Positions 56,579-64,000 of a DNA stretch of 64,000 nucleotides are shown one piece after another. Numbering within the stretch: the stretch's first letter is position 1; each line of letters opens with the position of its first letter. The position numbers and the translations under genes are program-made. Source of the DNA: a virus (lineage: Duplodnaviria; Caudoviricetes); IMG/VR virus record IMGVR_UViG_3300020576_002312, positions 14,187 to 78,186 of that record; one strand, given 5' to 3'. Below the pieces are notes generated by a model. That model was not told where the DNA came from. It did not search any database and saw only the letters and a list, made by a program, of their open reading frames with translations.

Positions 56579-56916
56579 AGCCCCATTGATTTAAGTACGT
56601 TATTATATTCTTTGCGTAAGAGGACATCGCAGTCGTATCTACTCTCAAGTTTTTCTGTTACTCTTTGGTGAATAGTCCAGATGGTTTCTTCGGATTTGTT
56701 ATTGTAAAGGTGTTTTATGTCCTTAAAAGAGCAATCCGCAATATCTCTAAGTATCTTAACCACGAAAGACTTTCTCTTATACCTTTCCGGTGTCCGTGCT
56801 TTCTTAAGCAACTCAGTCCTATCTATTCCGTAATGGGTTTCAACCCCTGAAAGGATGTATTCTATCCTGTCTTTCTTAAGGATGACAACCTTGGGCTGTG
56901 TGTTAAAATCCTTCAT
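56575..56916 (-). CDS. HTH protein (DnaA C-terminal/TrpR-like)
   Basis: V..HYGI....L....R......R....I...SFKDI... Confidence 0.5.
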   Translation of the reverse strand: MKDFNTQPKVVILKKDRIEYILSGVETHYGIDRTELLKKARTPERYKRKSFVVKILRDIADCSFKDIKHLYNNKSEETIWTIHQRVTEKLESRYDCDVLLRKEYNNVLKSMGL

Positions 56917-57280
56917 AGTGATCTCTTATATGTAAGTTACTTTTGTTTTCTTGTTTAAGGTAATCCTCAATGTGATAAATATCCTTATGCTTAAACTCTC
57001 TCCATGTACTAAGTTCGCTCTTGGCAACGCCATAGACAAATTCCATGAAATCTTTGGCGTTTGAATTTTCCCATGACCTTGATCCCGACAATATCTTCTC
57101 AATCACATTCATAGAGAAATCGTGTGCCTCAAGTCCCTGGAAGCACTTTTGCCGTGAAGTACTTAGCCTATTGAGATAATACTTATTAAGTCGCCTGACA
57201 ACATATATTGTATTCCATGCTTCAAGTTCTTCCCTTACCGATGTTGTTTTCAACTTAGCCTTCTTAGGGATAGTGGTCAT
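56903..57280 (-). CDS. sigma region-2-like protein lacking region 4
   Basis: EAHDF....IEKILSG.RSW....F..FVYGVAKSELS. Confidence 0.45.
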   Translation of the reverse strand: MTTIPKKAKLKTTSVREELEAWNTIYVVRRLNKYYLNRLSTSRQKCFQGLEAHDFSMNVIEKILSGSRSWENSNAKDFMEFVYGVAKSELSTWREFKHKDIYHIEDYLKQENKSNLHIRDHYEGF

Positions 57281-57285
57281 AATGG

Positions 57286-57561
57286 TTATAGTTCTATTGT
57301 TAGTTGATTTTTAATTGGTCGTTTAATCTTTACCTTGCATGCTCTGTAGTCCACGAAAGAAGTACAAGTAGCTTTCCCCTCTTTATAAATCCATTGCTTT
57401 ATCGGAAAACCCTCTACAAGCGATTTAGTAAGTATCGGGCAATATGTCTTACCTTCTCTTGATCTAAGACTTGTAGCTTTACGGCAGTTAGCACACCACT
57501 TATCAGTGAAGTAGTCGCCTTCAGTGCCGTTGCTTGGGAAATATAACTTAGGAGTGTCCAT
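57286..57561 (-). CDS. Cys-rich hypothetical protein
   Basis: PSNGTEG..F...WC..C...CPI...CT.F. Confidence 0.65.
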   Translation of the reverse strand: MDTPKLYFPSNGTEGDYFTDKWCANCRKATSLRSREGKTYCPILTKSLVEGFPIKQWIYKEGKATCTSFVDYRACKVKIKRPIKNQLTIEL

Positions 57562-57944
57562 TATTTATTACTATTTAAGAACTTATCCGGTAATTCCTTA
57601 TCAAGAGCATAATGCAAATCAATTTCATATTCGAGAAAATCAAAGAACTTCACAAGCAACTCCCTGTCATCCTTCTTCATGCGTTCTATTGCCCATTTAG
57701 CACCCTCTTGTTTAAACTTATTACATCTCTGAACATAAAATAAATCCGTCCACATTTCATTCTTTAAGATCGTATCTCTGTCAAGAGGAAACTCTTTCTC
57801 AATCTCTTCCTCTGTAATAGGTTGTGTGAACTGAGCGTGGTAATTCTTGAATGCCGTTAAACAATCGTTATAACAAACATCAAAACTGCCATATTCCTCA
57901 TTTGGGAATCTCATTGGCTTTAATATCTCCTCAAATGTCTTCAT
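57561..57944 (-). CDS. hypothetical protein
   Basis: 127-aa ORF. Confidence 0.65.
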   Translation of the reverse strand: MKTFEEILKPMRFPNEEYGSFDVCYNDCLTAFKNYHAQFTQPITEEEIEKEFPLDRDTILKNEMWTDLFYVQRCNKFKQEGAKWAIERMKKDDRELLVKFFDFLEYEIDLHYALDKELPDKFLNSNK

Positions 57945-57946
57945 AG

Positions 57947-58186
57947 CTAAAATATTTTATTGGAATAAATTACCTGATACTCAAATTCAATCATCTTGTC
58001 GAGTTCGCTTTGTCCTTTAAGATAGTTATCGGGAGATAAAGCCCATTCGAGAGCTTTCTGTCCGCTTCTTAATTTTAATAGGTCAAACCAAAAGCAGTCA
58101 TCACGTTCCTCAGTCCTTGCAAGCATATCATCAATCCACTTTTGATGCTCTTGAATTTTTGACAGTATCTCTTCTTTTGTCTTCAT
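57947..58186 (-). CDS. hypothetical protein
   Basis: 79-aa ORF. Confidence 0.6.
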   Translation of the reverse strand: MKTKEEILSKIQEHQKWIDDMLARTEERDDCFWFDLLKLRSGQKALEWALSPDNYLKGQSELDKMIEFEYQVIYSNKIF

Positions 58187-58193
58187 AGGTTAG

Positions 58194-58298
58194 TTATTTA
58201 AATGCCATATAAAATACAAATCCTACTATTCCCATCCATGCTAACCATAAAATTATACGGATTAAGAAAAGTCTATTGTCAGTTAAAAATGCTTTCAT
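58194..58298 (-). CDS. 34-aa single-TM peptide
   Basis: MKAFLTDNRLFLIRIILWLAWMGIVGFVFYMAFK. Confidence 0.55.
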   Translation of the reverse strand: MKAFLTDNRLFLIRIILWLAWMGIVGFVFYMAFK

Positions 58299-58309
58299 AT
58301 CCCTCTCTT

Positions 58310-58474
58310 TTAAATTAAACCTTGATGTCTCATCATCCGTAAATAGTCATTCTCAGTCATTACAGGAGTTCTCTTTTGATTGCGAGCCTTTTCCCTTGCT
58401 TTCTTTTTATGAGAATTAGCCTTTCTTATCTCAGCTTGATGCGCCTTGTTTTTCTTTTTATTTTTGTAATCCAT
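58310..58474 (-). CDS. 54-aa basic protein
   Basis: MDYKNKKKNKAHQAEIRK...; shares a TAATTTAAAAGA leader with its neighbours. Confidence 0.55.
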   Translation of the reverse strand: MDYKNKKKNKAHQAEIRKANSHKKKAREKARNQKRTPVMTENDYLRMMRHQGLI

Positions 58475-58486
58475 ATCTCTTTTAAA

Positions 58487-58699
58487 TTAACATGCTTTTG
58501 TAAATATCTCAGCGTTCTCAGGAGTTAATATTATCCCTGATCTACCTGCCCGATTTAACTTGCTTCTAATCCTCTCTGACCGCTTCCAGTATTGATCTGA
58601 GTTACCTGAGTAACATTCTTCAATATGATTCATTGCTATCAGATTGAGTAAATGGTCAATCTCTGATTTAGTTAGCTTTATTTCGTGTTGCTTTGCCAT
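58487..58699 (-). CDS. hypothetical protein
   Basis: 70-aa ORF. Confidence 0.6.
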   Translation of the reverse strand: MAKQHEIKLTKSEIDHLLNLIAMNHIEECYSGNSDQYWKRSERIRSKLNRAGRSGIILTPENAEIFTKAC

Positions 58700-58716
58700 G
58701 TCTTTTAAATTACTCG

Positions 58717-59037
58717 CTACACATTATTTACACATGATTCACATGTATCGTAACCATTTTCAGCATCAACTATATTTTTATGACAGACTGAACAGTAATA
58801 GACTTTCGGTTCTTTCTCCTTATCCTCGATGGGAGGAATAATATCAAATCCCTGTTCAAATAACCACTTACAAACAGTTTCAACATCTTCTGCATTTATA
58901 AGGTGGTTAAACTTATGAAGTTTAGATTGCAACTCACAACTATCTTTAAATCCTAATGCTCTTGGCATAGAGTTCATCTGAGAATATCCGTTAATAAGTT
59001 TAGATGTTTCTTTATATCGTTCTTTACATGTCTTCAT
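58717..59037 (-). CDS. hypothetical protein with C-terminal zinc ribbon
   Basis: CSVC...CESC. Confidence 0.6.
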   Translation of the reverse strand: MKTCKERYKETSKLINGYSQMNSMPRALGFKDSCELQSKLHKFNHLINAEDVETVCKWLFEQGFDIIPPIEDKEKEPKVYYCSVCHKNIVDAENGYDTCESCVNNV

Positions 59038-59039
59038 CG

Positions 59040-59552
59040 TTACTCTGTTTTAGGGTTAATCTTTCCGTCACGCATTGCTGGAAAATTCAAATGTGCATAT
59101 TCTCCAAATAATTCTATTGCTTTTTTATCATAAGCTATTGCGGCTTCCTCTTCAGTTTTAAACGAGCCTAAATGAATTAAAACGCCATTATGTGTAATCC
59201 TTGCATTTATATATTTTCCACTACTTCCCCAGCTCACACCAAGATATTTTGACCTACCTACTGCTACTCTATTTAACCTGTTATTTTGCTCAGTGCAGTT
59301 CCGTAGATTAAATCTTTGATTATTTAATCCATTATTATCTCTATGGTCTGTTTCTAATTCAGGAGGGGTATTCATTATTAAGCGGTGCATTAGGATTGTT
59401 TTCCTTCCGCCTTCAGAATTTTTTGGAGTTTTACGTATAGCATATTCGTGACCATTTGTTTTTGACAAATACCACTTCCATTGATTAAGCCAATTAAAAT
59501 CGCTATCATCAACTAATGTATTTTTCCCCTGTGATAAACTTATTTCTTTCAT
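59040..59552 (-). CDS. HNH-AP2 homing endonuclease, copy 2
   Basis: TDHRDNNGLNNQRFNLR; HLGSFKTEEEAAIAYD; close paralog of 55483-55956. Confidence 0.9.
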   Translation of the reverse strand: MKEISLSQGKNTLVDDSDFNWLNQWKWYLSKTNGHEYAIRKTPKNSEGGRKTILMHRLIMNTPPELETDHRDNNGLNNQRFNLRNCTEQNNRLNRVAVGRSKYLGVSWGSSGKYINARITHNGVLIHLGSFKTEEEAAIAYDKKAIELFGEYAHLNFPAMRDGKINPKTE

Positions 59553-60193
59553 ATCTTTTTAATTAATCCATCTCTGTATGCTTTTGCACCTTCAATATAT
59601 CCATTATAAAAAGATACTCTTTGTCCCTTACCTTTTACCTCAAGTTCTCTTGCTCGATTAAATGCGTTATCTTGTAGTTCATCATCCGTCACACTCTTTG
59701 GGAGTTGAGAAGCGTATTTATTTAGAATTAAAAGCAGTTCAGATATTTCAAGTGCCTCAGAAAGTTCCATACCTGACACTACTTTCCCCTCAAGATAATC
59801 CATTACTCTGTTGATGTCTGAATTTCCTACTCCCTCTGATGGTTGAACCTCTTGCTGAATAGGTTGGAGATACCAAACTACTTTATTAATCCACCATACT
59901 TTACCTGTTGTAGCATATTGATCAGAACTATCATACGTTGCTCGACCTAAAGTATAGTCGTTAAAGTAGCATTCATATACACCGCTTTTCGGCAAATCAT
60001 CAACTGAGTTGATATATACTTTCTTAAATAGTTCATCGTTTTCCTGATGTCGGGAAGATGATAACTCTTGAGATTTGAGTGCGGAGATTTTATTCGCAAT
60101 AGATTCAAAATAATCAGAATGTATATAAGTCATATTCTCTGACTGTCTATGATCTGAAAATTCTTTAAGTACTTTTAATATTAGTTCTTCCAT
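59549..60193 (-). CDS. hypothetical protein
   Basis: 214-aa ORF ending EGAKAYRDGLIKKI. Confidence 0.65.
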   Translation of the reverse strand: MEELILKVLKEFSDHRQSENMTYIHSDYFESIANKISALKSQELSSSRHQENDELFKKVYINSVDDLPKSGVYECYFNDYTLGRATYDSSDQYATTGKVWWINKVVWYLQPIQQEVQPSEGVGNSDINRVMDYLEGKVVSGMELSEALEISELLLILNKYASQLPKSVTDDELQDNAFNRARELEVKGKGQRVSFYNGYIEGAKAYRDGLIKKI

Positions 60194-60204
60194 GTTATTC
60201 GGGT

Positions 60205-60441
60205 TTAAAATTTACTCGTGTATTGTTCAAATAATCTATCCTGCACAAACTGAATAGGGCAATTGTCTTTTAGCCACATATCAATTTTGTATGAGAAATT
60301 CGCAATCGGCCTTTCTTCTCCTAGCATCCAACCATCTCTCATGTACATATATCGAATTGCATAAGGCTTGTTTGTCTTTAGCCAGTTAAACAATTCATCG
60401 TATTGCTCCTGCGTTCCGTAGATTTTATCAATAGCTGCCAT
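60205..60441 (-). CDS. hypothetical protein
   Basis: 78-aa ORF. Confidence 0.6.
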   Translation of the reverse strand: MAAIDKIYGTQEQYDELFNWLKTNKPYAIRYMYMRDGWMLGEERPIANFSYKIDMWLKDNCPIQFVQDRLFEQYTSKF

Positions 60442-60445
60442 TGTC

Positions 60446-60706
60446 TTATTTGAAATTTAGCATTTTTATTGCAACTGACCTTATCTGTGATGCGGAATAA
60501 TAGAACTCACCTTTAAAATCAATCAAGTCATCTAAGGACTTAATCTTTTTTAGCCGTCCGTCCTTATCTTCAATGAACGGGATCTCGTGTACGGCAAAAT
60601 CAAAGAGTGTCTGTGACGGGTCAAATTCTTTCAGGATAAGGTACACAGGTACTCTGACCTGTATTGACGTAGGAAATTGCTCTATTAAATTATCTCTTAT
60701 AACCAT
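60446..60706 (-). CDS. hypothetical protein
   Basis: 86-aa ORF. Confidence 0.6.
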   Translation of the reverse strand: MVIRDNLIEQFPTSIQVRVPVYLILKEFDPSQTLFDFAVHEIPFIEDKDGRLKKIKSLDDLIDFKGEFYYSASQIRSVAIKMLNFK

Positions 60707-60710
60707 CGTC

Positions 60711-60896
60711 TTATTTACTCTGCTTGGTTAGTAATGATAGTGCCTTTAAGATATGAGTAGGAACAAAGGATCTTTCCTCGGCTTTGTCAGGTTCATCTAC
60801 GACAAGTACGTACCCCTCGCCCTCGATAGGCTTTGCTTTTATCAGACTGTACTTTATGCCACTAAGACATAGGCTTGATTCGGTTGGTAGGTTCAT
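60711..60896 (-). CDS. hypothetical protein
   Basis: 61-aa ORF. Confidence 0.55.
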   Translation of the reverse strand: MNLPTESSLCLSGIKYSLIKAKPIEGEGYVLVVDEPDKAEERSFVPTHILKALSLLTKQSK

Positions 60897-60898
60897 AG

Positions 60899-61510
60899 TT
60901 ATGCGTTTTTTATTCGTTCACTGAATATCTGATTTTCTCGTATGTTTAGTCCACGCTTTGAAATTACGTCATCTGCGGTAGCTTTGATCTTCTCAATACT
61001 ATCTCCTGCAATGATAAGATAGTCTCTCTTTCCCCCGATGGTGAAATAAACCTTAAATAACATCTCAGTAGTGTGTGTGGGAGCGACTTTGGCGATTATC
61101 TCTGTCGGGCGGTAGGTTTCGTTGTACTTATCCCCTAAAAGTGATTTTAACTTCTCTGAGATATATTTCTTGTTCTCTTTTGATACTTTGAATGTCTCTG
61201 TGCTATCCCCATGATTGACCTCAAGGTATCCGAGGTTATTGAAGTAAGCGTTTTTAACCATCTGTAGGTTGAACATCTTACTGCGGGGTGAGAACGTGAT
61301 GGGGTAGTCAAAGGTATCCCCGATAAAGGTTAAATCTTCTTTAAAACCTATCTCTCTTTCGATGGTGTGCTTCCCGTTTTTAAGGATAACTTTTACATCG
61401 CCTTTTTTTGATGCACACTCAAGAGATAAGTCCCATTTCTCAAGCTGTGGTAATACCGAGTACTCACTTAGTATCTCGTTTATTCTTGATTCTATTGTCT
61501 GCTCGTCCAT
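60899..61510 (-). CDS. hypothetical protein
   Basis: 203-aa ORF. Confidence 0.65.
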   Translation of the reverse strand: MDEQTIESRINEILSEYSVLPQLEKWDLSLECASKKGDVKVILKNGKHTIEREIGFKEDLTFIGDTFDYPITFSPRSKMFNLQMVKNAYFNNLGYLEVNHGDSTETFKVSKENKKYISEKLKSLLGDKYNETYRPTEIIAKVAPTHTTEMLFKVYFTIGGKRDYLIIAGDSIEKIKATADDVISKRGLNIRENQIFSERIKNA

Positions 61511-61522
61511 AGTTTTAATAAT

Positions 61523-61846
61523 TTAGAGAATTTTCCATATTTCTTTGAGGGGGCGGTCTTCCATGCCTATTTCGTGCTTACGTGATGATCTGACGAAAAT
61601 CCCCCTCTCTGCCCAAAATACTGTAACTGAAAAGATAAATAAAGAGAGTGCGTCCTGACTAAGTCCTGAGATAGATTTGTGTCCGAATATACGCTTGTGA
61701 AATTCATGTAGTATCTCCTTATTCTTTTTATTAGAGTCAAAACCTAACTTGTATAATACGTCCCTAAGAATTAAACTATAATAGAGTCTATACAAGATAT
61801 GGTCTGCGAGTTCATTTTTCTGCATAGATTTCATCAATATCGGCAA
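61523..61846 (-). CDS. NinB-like protein
   Basis: LHEFHKR.F...SISGLS...LS.FI..V..FWAE.GI. Confidence 0.5.
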   Translation of the reverse strand: MPILMKSMQKNELADHILYRLYYSLILRDVLYKLGFDSNKKNKEILHEFHKRIFGHKSISGLSQDALSLFIFSVTVFWAERGIFVRSSRKHEIGMEDRPLKEIWKIL

Positions 61847-62258
61847 AGAGAATGTTAGTACACTCCTTCTGTTTGGTGGCTACCTCAGTCCACTGAATTT
61901 TATCAGCATTATAAGCATCAATGACAAAGCCAAGTGCCTTAATGGATGCCTCAACCTTATGGCTCTTTATCTCACTGCCGGAAAGAGGAACTTTAGTGGG
62001 GGCTGATGACTGATGGCTCGGCTGTGATTGTGATTGTGGCTGACTGCCTGCATTGTTTTGTACAAGCCTTGCAGAGATTTTCTTATAAGACTTACCTTCA
62101 GGGGTAACGGTTGTGTAGTTGACGCTATCGCCATCCCTTAATCCCTTATCGGAGTTCTTCTCATCAAGATAACCCCATGTGCCGTCAGCGAGATTGATCT
62201 TCCACCCGCTTGCCTTACCTTCTTTGAATTGTTGTTCGATCTTTGTGATTGTTGTCAT
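61812..62258 (-). CDS. putative ssDNA-binding protein
   Basis: Beta-rich N-domain, Q/S/P linker; TACATTTG 62298-62305. Confidence 0.45.
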   Translation of the reverse strand: MTTITKIEQQFKEGKASGWKINLADGTWGYLDEKNSDKGLRDGDSVNYTTVTPEGKSYKKISARLVQNNAGSQPQSQSQPSHQSSAPTKVPLSGSEIKSHKVEASIKALGFVIDAYNADKIQWTEVATKQKECTNILFADIDEIYAEK

Positions 62259-62340
62259 TTCCTTCTTGTTTTAATTATTTACTTGTTGATTGAGTTCCAA
62301 ATGTAGAATTTAATTTTGACTTAAACAAATTTATTTTTAA

Positions 62341-62880
62341 TTATTCTTCTTCGTCCTTAAAGAGAATTGTTTTCTCTCCCCTGCGCATCTCTTTATTATA
62401 CGCCTCGATAGATTTACTTTTTAAGCGGATAAGAAAGCCCTGATACCATTCTTTTGCCATGAGTTGTTCAAGCGTTGCTCTGTGGTAGAATAAATGACCG
62501 TCATTCTCATCGTTTTCTGCGGGTACAAGTAGGTCTTTATCAAGATAGTAGTCGCCCGATCTGCCGAGTAAATGATGCCACGTAACGAATCCTTTTATCT
62601 CACGCCCTGTAAAGAAATCACATATCCTTCCCCCATTTGCATCACGCAATTCCTGTTCAAGTAATTTACATCCCTCGGAATAATGGATATGCTCTTCTCT
62701 ACGTTTTTTAGACTCTCGTGGAATACGTGTCTGCTTCTTCGGTAGCTTCATCGGTAACTTATCCGTTCTTTTTTGATAAAGATCGCCACCTTTCATGCGC
62801 CTCATATAGCCATGATACTGACAAAAACCGTGAGAGAACACATTATTTTTACAGGAATCAGCAGAACAAGTACGTGGCAT
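62341..62880 (-). CDS. HNH/NinG-like protein with N-terminal zinc finger
   Basis: CSADSC...GFCQYH; CDFFTG...WHHLLGR. Confidence 0.5.
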   Translation of the reverse strand: MPRTCSADSCKNNVFSHGFCQYHGYMRRMKGGDLYQKRTDKLPMKLPKKQTRIPRESKKRREEHIHYSEGCKLLEQELRDANGGRICDFFTGREIKGFVTWHHLLGRSGDYYLDKDLLVPAENDENDGHLFYHRATLEQLMAKEWYQGFLIRLKSKSIEAYNKEMRRGEKTILFKDEEE

Positions 62881-62882
62881 TG

Positions 62883-63053
62883 CTATTTAATTAAGTGAAT
62901 AATACTCTTCCCAAGATAATAAAAGAAAGTAACTACTGAACAGCCTACTATTATCGAGGCAATCCATATTACGAGTACCGCTCCTGTATGAGCAATGTAG
63001 TCCTGTATCATCTGCCGTGTTAAGGCATCCTTATTTTGACTGTTATTCTCCAT
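62883..63053 (-). CDS. 56-aa single-TM protein
   Basis: MENNSQNKDALTRQMIQDYIAHTGAVLVIWIASIIVGCSVVTFFYYLGKSIIHLIK. Confidence 0.55.
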   Translation of the reverse strand: MENNSQNKDALTRQMIQDYIAHTGAVLVIWIASIIVGCSVVTFFYYLGKSIIHLIK

Positions 63054-63282
63054 CGTTTGAAGTATAAGTTGTTTCTGAAATTACTTTTTCGTTAGTATCG
63101 TCCTCGAAAGGAATGGTCTTTAGCAGACGATAACCAAGCATCTCAAGTTCATTTGCTATTTCATCGGCTTTTTGATTGTAGGTCAATCTCTCATCCCATA
63201 GGTTTATTCCACGAGGGATATTCTTGCAGTACCGCAAAGCACAGTTAGTGATTGCGAGTAAGATGATTTGGTGTGTGGTCAT
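63043..63282 (-). CDS. hypothetical protein
   Basis: 79-aa ORF. Confidence 0.55.
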   Translation of the reverse strand: MTTHQIILLAITNCALRYCKNIPRGINLWDERLTYNQKADEIANELEMLGYRLLKTIPFEDDTNEKVISETTYTSNDGE

Positions 63283-63284
63283 GG

Positions 63285-64000
63285 TTATAATACTTTAATG
63301 CCAGTGATTGATTCAAAAACATCTGCATCCCAGTTTGGGAGTGCTTTAAGAAGTTTAATATCATCTTTTGATGCGCCTTTATATGCCTCTGCCCATGCCT
63401 CCTTGTAGCCAAGTGTTTTGAGATAGCCTTCGCAAACAAAAGCATTTTTATTATCAATCTTTTCCTTGTCTGTCATTTCTGTCCACGAGATCCATCTATT
63501 AAGAACTACATTGTAGATAAAGTCGGGCTTTCTTGCGTTATCCCAAACCGATGTTTTGCAGGGTTTGTTAAAACAGTTGATAGTTTCGGGTGTTGTGCTA
63601 TTAAAATCCCCGCTATTCCTGTCCCCGCTATTACTGTCCCCGCTATTCCTGTACCCGCTATTCCTGTTCCCGCTATTACTGTCCCCGCTATTACTGTTCC
63701 CGCTATTACTGTTCCCGCTATTACTGTACCCGCTATTACTGTTCCCGCTATTCCTGTCCCCGCTATTCCTGTCCCCGCTATTACTGTACCCGCTATTACT
63801 GTACCCGCTATTACTGTCCCCGCTATTACTGTCCCCGCTATTCCTGTCCCCGCTATTCCTGTCCCCGCTATTACTGTTCCCGCTATTACTGTTCCCGCTA
63901 TTCCTGTACCCGCTATTACTGTACCCGCTATTCCTGTACCCGCTATTACTGTACCCGCTATTACTGTCCCCGCTATTACTGTCCCCGCTATTACTGTTCC
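63285..64000 (-). CDS. pentapeptide (x-x-N-S-G) repeat protein; 5' end outside the window
   Basis: Open frame from the edge through the repeats into ...MTDKEK...GYLKTL.YKEAW...LPNWDADVFESITGI. Confidence 0.8.
   Translation of the reverse strand, partial: NSNSGDSNSGDSNSGYSNSGYRNSGYSNSGYRNSGNSNSGNSNSGDRNSGDRNSGDSNSGDSNSGYSNSGYSNSGDRNSGDRNSGNSNSGYSNSGNSNSGNSNSGDSNSGNRNSGYRNSGDSNSGDRNSGDFNSTTPETINCFNKPCKTSVWDNARKPDFIYNVVLNRWISWTEMTDKEKIDNKNAFVCEGYLKTLGYKEAWAEAYKGASKDDIKLLKALPNWDADVFESITGIKVL
63609..63998. repeat. 26 tandem 15-bp units
   Basis: CCCGCTATT(C/A)CTGT(C/A/T); only two positions vary. Confidence 0.95.

Noticed and set aside
1-64000. Stop-codon reassignment as in some crAss-like phages
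   Set aside because: Long genes are intact in the standard code, both TAG and TGA end genes, and there is no suppressor tRNA.
63609-64000. CRISPR array or DGR-type A-to-N variation
   Set aside because: There are no spacers, the repeat is coding, and one of the two variable sites is T/G rather than A-derived.

Overview
The window is a large piece of a lytic Bacteroidota phage genome in the standard genetic code, with a crAss-related podovirus head-tail module. Layout: replication genes and a small stable-RNA region at 1-4.4 kb; a + strand late block at 4.4-45.5 kb (probable terS, terL, portal, scaffold, major capsid protein, tail ring proteins, muzzle/stabilisation protein, adhesins, ejection proteins, tail fibre, lysis); a - strand structural cassette at 45.7-50.6 kb; a - strand early/replication block at 50.7-64 kb (PD-(D/E)XK nuclease, Toprim primase, SF2 helicase, RuvC-like resolvase, SSB-like protein, many small ORFs). 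About 25 intergenic TAnnTTTG (-7) boxes point to a Bacteroidota host whose own RNA polymerase transcribes the phage. I saw no virion RNAP, DNA polymerase, integrase, reverse transcriptase or CRISPR array. The most unusual signals are in RNA. First, a co-varying three-way-junction/pseudoknot leader sits in front of two unrelated homing endonucleases. Second, a stand-alone ~390-nt structured non-coding unit lies between portal and scaffold. Third, a boxA-flanked RNA cluster surrounds an initiator-like tRNA. Other oddities are a split muzzle gene with an adhesin cassette in the split, a circularly permuted lectin domain nested inside another lectin domain, homing endonucleases that appear to replace the 3' end of their host gene, and a 13-codon peptide with its own promoter and terminator. 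All protein-family calls come from motif recognition by eye; no database searches were run.
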